Shown here: one piece after another, positions 51,694 to 64,000 of the stretch | How positions within the stretch are numbered: position 1 is the stretch's first letter | Layout: the number at the start of each line of letters is the position of its first letter | Assembly (NCBI RefSeq): GCF_009914755.1 | Contig: NC_060931.1 | Length of the DNA stretch: 64,000 bases | DNA from: the human T2T-CHM13v2.0 reference genome, Homo sapiens | Reading direction: 5' to 3' (one strand) | Program-made: the position numbers and the translations under genes | Notes under the pieces: generated by a model | What the model saw: the letters and a program-made list of their open reading frames with translations, nothing else | Database searches by the model: none | What the model was told of the DNA's origin: nothing

Positions 51694-51959
51694 TAAAACA
51701 TAATTTTTAAATGACTACATAGATATCAGTAGTATATATGAATATTTATTTTAATTTTTTTGTTGGGAATTTAGATATCTCTTTTTAAACTGTCATTTAT
51801 TCAGATCAAATTACTTGATGAGCACTTACGGAATTGGGCATGAAGAATTTCAAGACTTTTAATAACATTTCTAAACTGACCCCTCTGTTCCCACTTCCAC
51901 CCCCAATTTAGAATTTCACCAGTAGTATGTAAAAAAGTCTATTCTAAACTCTGCATCCT

Positions 51960-52277
51960 GGCCAGGTGAGGTGGCTCATGCCAGTAATCGTAGCATGTTT
52001 GGAGGTCAAGGCAGGAGGATTGCTTGAGCCGAGGAATTCATGACCAGCCTAAGCAATATAGCAAGAGCCTCCTCTACCAAAAAAAAAAAAAAAAAAAAAA
52101 AAAAGCCAGGAACAGTCGTGTGCTCCTGTAGTCCTAGTTACTTGGGAGGCTAAGGCAGGAGGACAGCCTGAGCCCAGGAGTTTGAGGCTGCAGTGAGCTA
52201 TGATTGCACCATTGCACTCCACCCTGGGTGACAGAGCAAGACTGTGTCTCTAAAAAAAAAAAAAAAAAAAAAAAAAA
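51960..52277 (+). mobile_element. Alu (AluJ-like) with expanded central A-run
   Basis: GAGCCCAGGAGTTTGAGGCTGCAGTGAGCTATGAT right arm; TSD AAACT..GCATCCT. Confidence 0.93.
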
Positions 52278-54400
52278 GAACCAAAAACCAAACTAGGCAT
52301 CCTCTCTAATTAATACTGACTTTTATCAAGAAACAAGTAAGTTTGCTAATTTAATAGACTTAAAATGCTTAATTATTAGTTTATATTTCTTGTCTGTTAT
52401 TGTCTTTATATCACATCATTTTTCTTTTTAATTTAAAGGTTCATTTAAATTTATCATTTATCATCTCACAAATCTTGATTTAAGTCTTGATCTGAAGAAA
52501 TGAAAGTTAAAAAAGAAGAAATCTAAATTTCCAACAAAAAAACACAAATTAAAATAAATATCCATATATTATTACTGATTCCTATGCAGCCACTTAAAAA
52601 TTGTTTTACAGGAGTACCTAATAATATAGGAAAATGTTTACCAAATCTTATTTTTATTTTTTTAAAGCAGACTTTATAAGACAAATGTGTAGTTTGAACT
52701 CACAGAAAATAACGCCTGAAAAAAAGGCTGATGAGTTCCCCTTTACAAAATGGAAATGGAACTTTTCAAGAAGAAATGCTTATTACGTTTTTTACATGGA
52801 TTTATTTCTTTTGCCTTTAATTAATGAAAAAAACCAGTCTGAATTGTATTGTTTTGTAAATATGTGTTCTATATTTTGAATCTTTGGATATTGATTTGCA
52901 TTGCTGTATCACAATTTGCTTATATTTAATAGCATCAATAATTTTTTTAGACTTCTGATAATCAGTAGAGAGGCTTGATTGAAATATGTTCCCCTAAAGC
53001 CCATATTTGATAGTTTTATTACTAAATTTAGAAGCCAGTAATTAAACTATTTTCTTATAATTATGGCTATATTTTAGTTCAAATTGCTCATCCTAAAGCC
53101 ATCAGGTCAAATGATACTTGTTCTGAAAATATATTAATAAATTGGGAAGGATTCCGTAATATTTCTGTTCCTATAATTCTCTGATACGTGTATGCTAGGC
53201 AGCATTCATCTCAAAAACAGTAAATAAAACTACTCAGAAGCTTTAAGTAACTTTAGCTTTACTATATCTGAAAGACAAAATTGTATTCTGGTAAATGTAG
53301 CTATATCATTCATTATCAGTTAGTATTTATATTTAGATGAATGTGATTCAAGGTCTCAGGCCAAAATAAATGCCAAGAGATGATCGTATTATCTAAACAA
53401 TTAGAGCATTGGCACAAATTCTTGGGAAGCTGTTGACTTTTTAACCAAAGTGTTAGGATTCTGTTTTTATTTCACCTTGGCATTTTAATTTCTTAAAATT
53501 CATAATGTTCATCAACTGCAATGCTTAGAAATCCTTACCAGACCATTTTCAGCAAAGTACAAATATAGTTTCTATTACAGTTCTGTCCTCTAGTACAAGT
53601 TGATCCACTTACTCTCTGCTGCTTGATAGTTCTAGAGAACAGCATTGAGGAATTCTGATGATTAGTCGCAAACAACATTGACTTTAAAAAATGGATAGTT
53701 TCCCAAACATATTATCCTCCGAATTATTCTTCTCGCTCTTTTTATTATATCTGTTTATCTTATTCTTAGTCATTTGTGAGGTTTTATTTTTTGTCTTAAA
53801 GAAAATTTACTTTAAATAGAGAATTTGTAAAATACCGTGGATTACATGCACCTGTCTTTTCTTGGGTTAGTCTTGTATCTTTATCTAAGGAACACTGGGA
53901 GCTAGAGGGGACCACTGTTCCATTGTGAAAGAGTGAAGGTTTGTATGGTGTTTCCTCTATTGTCAGAATCGCACGGGCTACTCATGATGTATGAACAGTA
54001 GAATTAAGTAGAATATTTGAGCCTATCCTGTTCTGGACTCATCCTCTTAGAAACGTTCTTTGTTGATAGGATTCCTTTGATAAACCGATTGAATGCTCTG
54101 TCCTCTTAATTGTGCCATGCTATAAATAAGTCAGTTATTAAAAGAAATGGTTGATGTTTTATAGACTGAATGCATACTTGTAGAGCATGTTGTAGAAAGA
54201 TACTTTATTGAGGTTAGTTCCAGTGATTGAGTACACATACTTAAGTTTTTAACTCTTTGGAACCCAAGAGTAGAATAAAAAATTATTTACAAAACGTATG
54301 TCGGTTCTGACATAGGGTATTGTTTTTCCTTTGGAGGCATTTTTGAAGAAAAAAAAATTACACATTACAAAAACCAGATTAAAGAGTTTGGCATGTACAG

Positions 54401-54401
<1 letters not shown>

Positions 54402-54451
<50 letters not shown>

Positions 54452-54740
54452 AGACTAAGTCTTGCTCTGTTGCCCAGGCTGGAGTGCAGTGGCACCATCT
54501 CGGCTCACTGCAACCTCCGCTTCCTGGGTTCAAGTGATTCTTGTGCCTTAGCCTCCTAAGTAGCTGGGATTACAGGCACGCACCACCATGCCCGGTTAAT
54601 TTTTTTTTTTTTTTTTTTTTCTTGGAGAGGGCATTTCGCCATATTGGCCAGGCTGGTCTTGAACTCCTGACTTTAGGTGATACACCTGCCTTGGCCTCCT
54701 AAAGTGCTGGGATTACTGACGTGAGCCACCATGCCTGGCC
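54402..54740 (-). mobile_element. Alu whose tail is a (TG)n/(CA)n microsatellite (54402-54448)
   Basis: TSD GCATGTACAG encloses both the microsatellite and the Alu. Confidence 0.95.
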
Positions 54741-56926
54741 AGCATGTACAGTTTTAATGAGAGGAAAATACCAAATGAAGAGCAAATTTTTATTTGTTTG
54801 AAGGTCTCAATTGCTGCTTATTTATGTATTTCAGCAATACCCTTCCCAATAGTGTCCTGAACTTGATGTTTACTTGTGGGGTGTGAATGTTAATTAATTA
54901 TACAGTCCCTTAAAGAGTAGTGGTATACATGTAAAGGAAAATCTTTTTAGAAACATAAAAACATAAAAAGGAATTAGTAAATTTGGAGTTTTATTCTAAA
55001 TACTGCTGTTAAAGGGCTACAAAAAATAATGGGCTTATAATGAATCATGGCAATTTAGTCAAATATTTAAAATATCTAAAATGTTTATGAGACAGCAGAA
55101 TATTTTATAGTAGAAGTAATAGGAAAAAAATTTTACAGAAATTTTTTAGGAATAGTAATTACATGTCTGGGATGGTTTAGAACCTACCTAAATAAAGGTA
55201 AAAAATACAGTTTTATAGAGAACTAGAAAGTGGTTTGTGAATGGCTAATTCTTAAAGCTCCATTGATAACCTTGGGGAGAGGCAGAACATCCTAGATTAA
55301 ATAGAAATTGTGTTTCTGTTATTTCATCAAGACAGGGTTATACAGTTAAGTATCTTGGCTAAAATCTTTATAGTAAAATTTTGCTGACATGAACATCGCT
55401 GGTCTGGGAATTAAATATTCACTTAAGTACTATTTCATGAACAGTGCCAGAATTTCTGCCAGAAAGGTAAAAGATATATTTATATTGCGTTTTTTATAGC
55501 TGAAATGTAGCCTGTAACCGAGTGGATTATAGTAACTTAATATTTTGATGCAGGAAGTAGGAAAATATTAAAAATTGAAAGGTGGTTTTAAGGAAATTGT
55601 AATGGTTCTGTTCAGAGTTTATGAGACAGCCTTATTCTGTAGACTTTTAAATTATGAACTTCCCACCTATTTTTATGTAAATGGTGATGTCAGTTTCAGC
55701 CTTTCCTCCATTTGCCTTAAGCCAGAGAAAGAGAGAGGGAGAGAGAGAATAAGAGAGAGAGAAACACCTTGTGTTGGGGCCATCAAATGGTTTTTTTGAT
55801 AGTCATCAGTGGTATTCACAAAATTCTGGTTTTCTTGCCTTCTGAGGTTGTAGTAACACTTGCACTTCCCCATCTTGCTGAAGTTAGGACTGACCATATA
55901 ACTTGTCTAATGCAATGTGATATATATTCCTTATTGGCAGAAGAGACATCTGTCACTTCTAGGCAGAAGCTTTAGGGACTGGTGGCCTTCCAAATTGCAG
56001 AGGCTCCATTAGCCTGCAGCCTTCAGTAAGGAAGTGGAACCAAGTACTCACTCTCCTGAGGTGGACATATTATGTGACCAAGAAATACACTCATGTTATT
56101 TTGAGTCACTGAGATTATGGCAGTGTTTGTAACTGTTGTGTAAGCCAGTCTAATCTGACATATGCAGTATGCAATTTCTTTATGCCTAAGGTTAAGGAAG
56201 AAGATAATAACGTTTCTCACCGACTAAAGTGACCATTTATTTCTTCGGTCATTTTTGTTAACATTTACTGTGTGCCAGTCACTGTTCTAGGTGCTAGGAA
56301 AATAGAGGGAACAAAACAAAGCAATCTCTTCTTCCCACTCTTTGTTAATTCTTTAGGGAACCTCCTTTGCTGTGAAGCCTTTCCCTGCCCTCTGAGCTAC
56401 CGGTTGCTCCTTTCTCGTCTGTGTTCCTCCGGCACTTTGTAGATATCGTCATTGTGGCACTGATGTTATCATGATCATTCTATTTCTGTCTTGATTTCTA
56501 GACTGTTTCTATAAATGTTTTAAATATAGTACATATATAATATTGAAAGTAATATAAAATGTGTAGGCAAAACAAGTTACACATTATATAAAATGTATAA
56601 CAGAAGAATATGTATACATACACATAGATGCTTTGCATTATCCCTTTATTCCCTTTATGTCATCCCCCACATTTCAAAAAAATATTTTTTGAATGAATAA
56701 ATAAGGCTTCCTGTGGGTCTTTTAGGCAAATGTGATTTGGGAACAAAATGTGAACTTCTATATTTTGGGCATGTTCTTCCAATGCCTTTGCTCTGTGAAT
56801 TCAAATTTAAGAGCATTACTAATGGATGAGAACAGGTCTATACCAAATTACCTGGGCAGAAATGTGAATGAACAGGGGCGGGGGAAGCCTATTAACTTGT
56901 CATTGTGCCTCTTCCCTTTACTTAGC

Positions 56927-57054
56927 TATATATATACATATATATATATACACACATATATATATATGTGTGTGTGTGTATATATATGTGTATATGTATG
57001 TGTGTATATATATGTGTGTGTGTGTATATATATATATATATGTGTATATATATA
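56927..57054. repeat. Compound (TA)/(TG)/(CA) microsatellite
   Basis: Alternating purine-pyrimidine tract of ~128 nt. Confidence 0.95.
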
Positions 57055-60000
57055 ATTGTTATACCCTTTTACCAGTGTTTCTCAATCTTTTTTCCATTAT
57101 CATCCCCTACCCCCAGTCTTTTTGGACTGTTGCCCCCTAAATGCCCCCAATGAGATTTTACTGCCACAGAAATACCGTATATCTGTTTATGTATTGAACG
57201 TATATCTGTGCTTTATAAAAAAATACAGTAAGTCTTTTTGCCCCCTAAGAACGAGTTTTCTTGGTTGATGCATGCCTTCAACTAATATTTGAAAAAGGTA
57301 ATTTTTTTTTCCTTTGTAGGAGGGCGTTTCCCCTTCAATAAGCTAAGTTTAACTCTACTGAGTCACAACTCTGTTATTTAATACACCTGTGCTTTTGTAA
57401 CAGCTTTATTTTAAGCTAATTATTATTTAAATAAGTATGCTAAAATCTTAGTTTATTGAGAACATTGGCAAATTAACTTTTATATATTTTATGGAAGTCA
57501 ATTTTTCTAGATTGAAGGCCTCTAAACCACGCATTCTGTGCAAACTGTATTTGCCTTTTATTCCTTCAGCATATACTTACTGAGCGTCTAGAGTGTGCAA
57601 GACTCTGCCAGAGCTGAGGACCCAGTGAATCGTGGAGTTCAGTCTGCTTCCTTTAACTCCTTGCTAGCCAGGATGCGAATATGGGTCATGTATACTTGTC
57701 TAGTGCAGAGTCGTTTTGACCATACTGATTTTTAAAACATCAACAACAAAATGTTGTGGGCTTTTAGTGAAAAATCCTGGAAGTTGAATAATCCCTCATC
57801 TATCATTCTTTATGTATAGCACATGAAAAGGTTGAGGGCCAAGTCCCACAATATGCGAAGTCAGTATAGTTGGTATTTTCCTGTTCTGTCCTGCAAGTTG
57901 TGACCATTGTCTGGCTACACCAGTGCACATTACTCTATCTGCAATGTGGGAATCTGCTTAAATTCTTGGGCCATTCTGTATAACCAGTGTAGTATATACA
58001 TATATGCACAACAAAACAGGGAAACCTCAATATAAGATTCACTTAAAGAATAAGATTCTGGTTCTCACCACTGTTGAATTGCCAAACAAAAAGGATGAAG
58101 TATATAGTTTCAAGCTAAATTTCAGATTGCGTAGGAGGCATGGGGCAAATATGTTTCAGAAAGAACACAAGGGAGTACAGGTTATCTGGAGGCTTTGGTT
58201 TGAGTGCCCATCCAGAGATAGAGCCATTCATTCATTTATTTGTTACAGAAATATTTACTGACCTCCTAATCTTTGTGCCAGGAATTTTGGTGAGTAAGAC
58301 AAAAGGCTCTCATTTTCACTCATCCTCTCTGTCCCCATTTCTTGGACAAATTGTGTAGGACATTTTAACATTGAGCAAGTTTTCATTCATTCATTCATTC
58401 ATTCATTCAATGTGTGTTTGAGTGTGTATAATACAAGTACATTATTGTGAGATATTTAAAAAAGACATCTCTGCCCTCAAGGACCTTGCAAGCTTGTTTG
58501 TTCATCAACCAGTCATTTATTTAAAAAAAAAAAAGCATTGAGCTAGTAGGCAATGTGCCAAGTCAGTGCTAGGGAAATACAGAGATGAACAAGAGCACAC
58601 AGTCGGTTCCTGGAGGGCTGCGTCTCAGCCTGGAGAGGCAAACAGCTTGTAACATCTTTGGAAGCATGCAGTGTGGTAAATGACAATAATGAGCTCGTCC
58701 CACTGTATTGCGAGAGTGCAAAGGATGAGCACAGAAGTGGAGTTTCCAGAATTAGTTCTGTGTGGGTGAAAGGTCAAGATGTGACTCTCCATCTGACTTT
58801 TTAGTTGAGGCTGGAGAGAAGGGTTGGCTTGGAAAGGAGATTGGAGGGAGTTCAATCAGAAGAAACAGTTTAAGTGTTGATAAGGAGCTTTATAAGGCAC
58901 GATGACAGCTTTACAGAACTGCAAATACTTTATTTTGATTTGGCTGCAGAAGGTGGGGGTAGATGAATTCTAATGTAGTGAAACAATTGCAACAGGAATG
59001 CCAAGAACTAAGTCCTTGTAGTACTGGCACAATGTATAGTTCAGTGAAACAGCCCAGAAACAGACAAACACACTATGTGATAAAGTGGGTATCACAAATC
59101 AACAGGGTGTTAAGTAATAATATTGAGACAATTGATAAACTCTTTGGAAAAATAGTAGATTCTTACTCCAGATGATTTTTAATTAGGACTTAGGGGCTAG
59201 GCACTTAGAAATTTGAGAATTAGGATTGATTTCTGTGAATTAAAATTTAAGATCAACAGTAATGGATCAGAGGGTGGGGGTGTGTGTATGTGTAAAACAA
59301 GTTAATCTTAACCAAATATCTTGCCTACTGCCTACTGCCTACTGCACCACCTCGTTGAATGTGTCAATCCTGTGAACATGGCCAGCTTCATGGGCCCTGC
59401 ACTCACGAGGGCCGTGCATTTGGTTTAATGCTCTGCTCTTGTTGTCCTTTGGAAAGTCTTAATTTTTGAAGATGGGGCCCATATATGGTGGTTTTTGTTT
59501 CGTTTTGTTTTGTTTTGTTTTTGCACTGGGCCATACAAATTATGTAGCATTCCTGCCTATGAAGTTGGCCATCTCTGGGGACAGAAAGTTAGAGAGTCAA
59601 GCTTTAGAAGTAGATATCCTTGTGTTCTCTGGAGAGTCGCAGCCAACCCAGTTAAAGTGTCCCAGACACATTGGCAGGGCCATCCCTATTGAGTGCCTCA
59701 GGCTATCCAGCCTGATTCCCTGAAACATTCAATTTATTTAACAAAGTTTCCTACTTCCCATTTCCTGCTCACCAAGCAATCTTTCAATAGTGACTTGGCT
59801 GCTTCTTTGGTTTTCCAGCAGGGAGAGATCTAGCTAGTTGTGCTGGTCCCATCCTTCATTCAGGAAGGTAGTTACTAAATTGGCAATCTGGTTTCATATG
59901 TCAGTGAGGTTCTTTAATGTGAGCCTGCTTCTGCATGACTGGTCCATTCCTGTTACGTTTCTGAGACTGAAGGCTGAAGTCCAGGAATTACGCGGGTAAA

Positions 60001-60211
60001 TTCACCAAAGCAGTCATGTGTAGAATAGTGGTTAAGAGCAAGAGCTTTGGAGTCAAGACACACAATCCTGGATAAAACGTGGGTCCTGTCACTTACTAGG
60101 ATGTATGTATGATCTTGGCTTTCCTGTGCCCTAGTCTTTCATCTGTCAAGTGATGACATTAACACCTACCTTAAGGTTGTTGTGAGGTTGAATGAGATGA
60201 TGTACTTTAGA

Positions 60212-60458
60212 TCAGGGTTTCTTAGCCTCGGTACTGTTGACATTTTGGGCCAGGTAATTCTTTCTGTTCAGGGCGGGGTGTTCGGTGCATCATAGAATGC
60301 TTCCAGCATCCCTGGCCTGTACCCAGTAGATGCTAGTGGCATCCCTCTAACCCCCTATAGTTGTGACAATTAAAATGTCACAGAGGTGGAATCACCTCTG
60401 GTTAGTACTTGGTTAAGAGTCACTGGTTAAGAGTCTCTTGGTTAAGAGTCACTGGTTC
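60212..60458 (+). mobile_element. MER20 (hAT-Charlie) inserted in a MIR (~60015-60490)
   Basis: CAGGGTTTCTTAGCCTCGGTACTGTTGACATTTTGGGCC...CAGCATCCCTGGCCT...AGTTGTGACAA. Confidence 0.8.
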
Positions 60459-60619
60459 AGGTGTTTAGAGTGGTGCCTGGGGGAAAGAAAATGTTTTATG
60501 ATATAATAATAATAATGGGAATAGTGGTACCAAAGATGATACTACTTTTGATGCCACCCTGAGGGACCTAGGAAGACATTCGTCAGCCTTTCATTTATTC
60601 TTTGTCCTTAAATTTTTAT

Positions 60620-61620
60620 ATCTATGCCAGAATAAACTCCATGTAGATTAAATAGTACATGTAAAAAGCTCTACCTTTAAACAACTGAATGAAAAAGAAG
60701 TAAATCTTCAGATTTGCAAATAAGGAAAGGGTTTTCAAGGTCAAAAGCAGTGATACTTCTGTGATGTTTAATGTTGGGTTTAAAACACATTGGGGAATTT
60801 TCTTTCCTCATAGATATCATGACATTAAAAATAAATATGCATAATCTATAAAAACTTTGTAGTTACAATTGAAAAGCAAATTGGATAAAATGATTGTGAG
60901 TAATATGACAGATAAAGTGGTATGAAAAAACTAATTTAAGTCAAAAAGAAAACCAAATATTTCCTATAGATAAGGACAAAGGAGGAAATACAACCATCCT
61001 ATAAACATTTGCTATGGCTTAAAATCTTTGTCAATTTAAATAAATAATTTAAAATTTTTTTAAATATTATTAAATTCAAACTATTTAATAATTTTTTAAA
61101 AAATTTTAAATTATTTATTTAAATTGACAAAGATTTTAAGCAATAGCATCCAATTCTGTTGTACAGTTAGGGGGGTCTTATTACATATTTTTTGTCGGAC
61201 AATCGATAGGTACAATCCTTCTAGAAAGAAACATGGTGATAAATGTGCCCTAAAAATGGTCATACAATTTAGCCCCTGCAAATAACTTTGGGAATAATGC
61301 TTACAGCATAATCTGAAATATAGACAAATATCGATGCATGAAGGTGTTTACTGCAAAGTTGTTTTAATATAAGCCAGCTAAATGTTCAGTATTAGAGAAG
61401 TAGTTATTTACGGCATATAATAATCTGCAATCCTTAAATGATAATCTTTACACAGTGTTTCTAATGACATGCAAAATTCTTACAGTGTTAAATGAAAAAA
61501 GTAGGTTTTTAAGTTGCATATGCAATGTAAACTCAACCCAGAAAAAAGACTGGAAGGAAATACCCAAAACGTTAATATTTGTCGCTGAAGTACGCAAAAT
61601 GTTAATATTTGTTCCATAAT
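60620..61620 (+). mobile_element. Old L1M ORF2/3' fragment hosting a palindrome
   Basis: AATAAACTCCATGTAGATTAAA, TATGACAGATAAAG, GGTACAATCCTTCTAGAAAG, AAAGACTGGAAGGAAATAC; boundaries approximate. Confidence 0.6.
61010..61148. repeat. AT-rich palindrome: 66-bp arms, 63/66 complementary, 7-nt spacer
   Basis: Manual ungapped alignment of 61010-61075 with the reverse complement of 61083-61148; spacer TCAAACT. Confidence 0.97.
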
Positions 61621-62017
61621 ATTTAGATTATGGATAATTTGTGAAAGTTAGTCACAACTATATGATTAAATTCATCATTTCATGGCAGACAGCCTTTTCT
61701 TTTGTTTCTGTTCCTTTAGGTAATGTTTAGATATCATGCCTTGGAAATGAAAATGAAAAGGTTTAAGCTATGTTTCTCTAAATAGGAGAAATAAAAAAGA
61801 AAGTGTCAATGCCCTAAAATACAGCTTTATTTTTAAGTAAATTATAAATTGCAATATGAAACCAATTTTGGGGGGTAGACTGCTTCTCCTGGTTGAGGTG
61901 AATTAATGGTTTTTTATACCGTGGTACTCTTTTTGTTCATTAAGTGTTAACGATGTACTCATTGTAGTATGGTTTTTGATGAAACAATCTTTAAGATGTT
62001 CATTTTTGTTTTTATAG

Positions 62018-62070
62018 TATGTGCAGAAGCTTATAATCCTGATGAAGAAGAAGATGATGCAGAGTCCAGG
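62018..62070 (+). CDS. PRKAR2B: PRKAR2B coding exon (exon 3), 53 nt; encodes (V)CAEAYNPDEEEDDAESR
   Basis: Acceptor TTTTTGTTTTTATAG|TA and donor AGG|GTATGT; peptide matches the recalled RII-beta sequence directly after RRAS. Confidence 0.96.
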
Positions 62071-63429
62071 GTATGTAATTTACTGAATGAATGAATTTTA
62101 AATTGATGCCCTTGTCATATATAAGGAAAATAATCATAGAAAAGATTTAACAGGCATGTAGGTTAACAGGAGACATAATGGAATTATTTTGACTGTTTCT
62201 TTTCCTAGTCTCATCTCCAATAGCCTACTCCTGCTGTGAGTCTTGCAGAATTATTTTTATCCAGAGAGTATTTCTCTTTACAAAATGTATCCTGGTGATG
62301 AAAAGTGTTTTCAGCTGTCTTTCTCATAGTGATAATATTATTTTTCTTAGACAGTGTTTTTAGTAAACAAAAATACTGGGAAAGACCTTCTACGCCTATT
62401 AATTTATAACAACGGAAAGTTACTCTGAAACAAACAAATCACGGTAAAATCACATCCAGTGTGTCAGTACAGCAGTTAGGATTATTTTTTAAATCTGTGA
62501 GTCTTCATAGTTTGCTCAGCAGCTGACTTCTTGCAGGCCCTAATGTTTTTGTAAGAATTTGTCCACTGTGATTTCAGCAGTTTTTAAGCTATGTCTTTCA
62601 GCTCAGTTCTACTATTTATTTAGTAAAAAGTAAACTAAAAGATGACTATGCCTGGAAATGGAAAGTAGTAATTTCTGCATCACCCTCCCCCCCTTTTTTT
62701 GAGTACATGTGTTGCAAAAGTGCCTCTTGTTTCTTTGGCCTTAAACAGTATAAACAAAAACTTATTTTTGTAGCTCTGAAAAGTACATAAGTAAGATTGA
62801 GGTTTCATGTGGAGAAGCAGCTACTACGTCCCTAAGTCATTACATCATTAAGCTCCTTGAAACTTATGTAAAATCCAGTGGTATCAGGAGGCTTACAACG
62901 TGGAAGATCTTGAAATCTCATTTTATTCCTGGACCCATGGGGATTCCCACTACCAGGGTTGTGGAAGCTCATTTCTCACTATTAGAACTTCAGTTCTTTT
63001 CATGAAGTTTATAAATCCTAGCCTGGAAATGATGTTGTTTTAGGATTAAGGTATTTTTACTAATCTGTGATGTGCTGTTACCCCTCTGTATAGTCTGAAA
63101 AACTAGACCTTGCCTACCGTATACTTTATGTATCTAGCAGAAACAATACCGGGTGGCAATGAAGACAACATGCTTCTTTATATTTGTGTATAAATGAGTA
63201 TGATAAAATTTAGTAATTGAGATCAGAGCAATCGAGATGAGCTGGTTTAAATTAATAAAAACCTAAATTAATGAACATTTGCAATACAGTTTAAAAACAA
63301 TATGCAGTATCTCATTGATTCAAAAGCTGTTAGGCCTTGAATTTTAGCTGCCATTTAATTGATGAGGTAAATAAAGTGTTTTGGCAGGTTCACTCCAGCT
63401 AATTTCTAATAGTTTTGTTGGGGAGGCTA

Positions 63430-63790
63430 TACCAGTTAAGATTCATTTGACTGTGTAAAACCTCACCCTATGGAGACAAATGTGAAAAAGAAAACACTGG
63501 GGAGAGATTATCAGACAAATGCTTGGAGATCATATTGAACTGCAGAAAGCGTTCAAAGGCCAAGCTGTAGGCCTGGCAGGCAGGAGCCAGCCCGCCTCTG
63601 GTGTCCATCAAGAGCAAGAGTGTAAGACTTAGCGTAGTGTCTTTGAAACGGGTTCAGCTACCCATCTCTATTACTGTGTCTCTCAGTTCAAAATTCCAAT
63701 TTCCAAAGAGTTTCTGATGGACCCAGCTTTGGCCCAGGGTAGGGCCAGGGTCAAAAAGTCCAACCTACTTGGGAACCACTTCTGTAAATA
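63430..63790 (-). mobile_element. Probable MaLR (MLT1-like) LTR remnant
   Basis: ACCAGTTAAGATTCATTTGACTG start and CAAAATTCC...AGAGTTTCTGATGGACCCAGCTT; degenerate. Confidence 0.45.
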
Positions 63791-64000
63791 AGGGCAGTTA
63801 CTAGAGGAGGAGGAATCTTTGTGGGGTGTGTATTTACCCTAAGATCTGTCCCCTGTAACACCTTTTAAAGTTATATTTAATAGTTTTTTTGTTAATGTAT
63901 TATATGTTTGATTATAGCAAAGTACTTTTAGGTTATCAATTAGGTTGAGTATTCTCTCCTCTAAATGTGTTACTAAAAACTATACTTACTTTAGTCTCAA

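Noticed and set aside
59323-59345. (GCCTACT)x3 repeat
   Set aside because: Trivial short tandem repeat
61961-61972. Alternative acceptor TGTAG|TATG 50 nt upstream of exon 3
   Set aside because: Weak pyrimidine tract, and its use would shift the frame; no supporting evidence

Overview
Primate (human-like) genomic DNA, AT-rich and repeat-dense, lying inside PRKAR2B (PKA regulatory subunit RII-beta) on the + strand. I recognise only two host coding exons: a 36-nt exon at 10358-10393 (A-PVINRFTRRAS, the autoinhibitory/autophosphorylation site) and a 53-nt exon at 62018-62070 (VCAEAYNPDEEEDDAESR). A 51,624-nt GT-AG intron separates them. The rest is intronic: about 25 Alus or Alu fragments, a full-length but disrupted antisense L1PA (about L1PA5) nested in an Alu tail inside older L1s, a truncated ERV1 (MER66-type) provirus with two oppositely oriented LTRs, a 5'UTR-only L1 with a perfect 16-bp TSD, old L1M/L2/MIR/MLT/hAT remnants and microsatellites. 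The most unusual structures are a near-perfect 139-bp AT-rich palindrome (61010-61148), the inverted-LTR provirus block (42076-49694) and the tailless 5'UTR-only L1 (49914-51693). I found no prokaryotic-type system and no novel protein-coding gene. Repeat subfamily names come from recalled consensus features, not from a database search.
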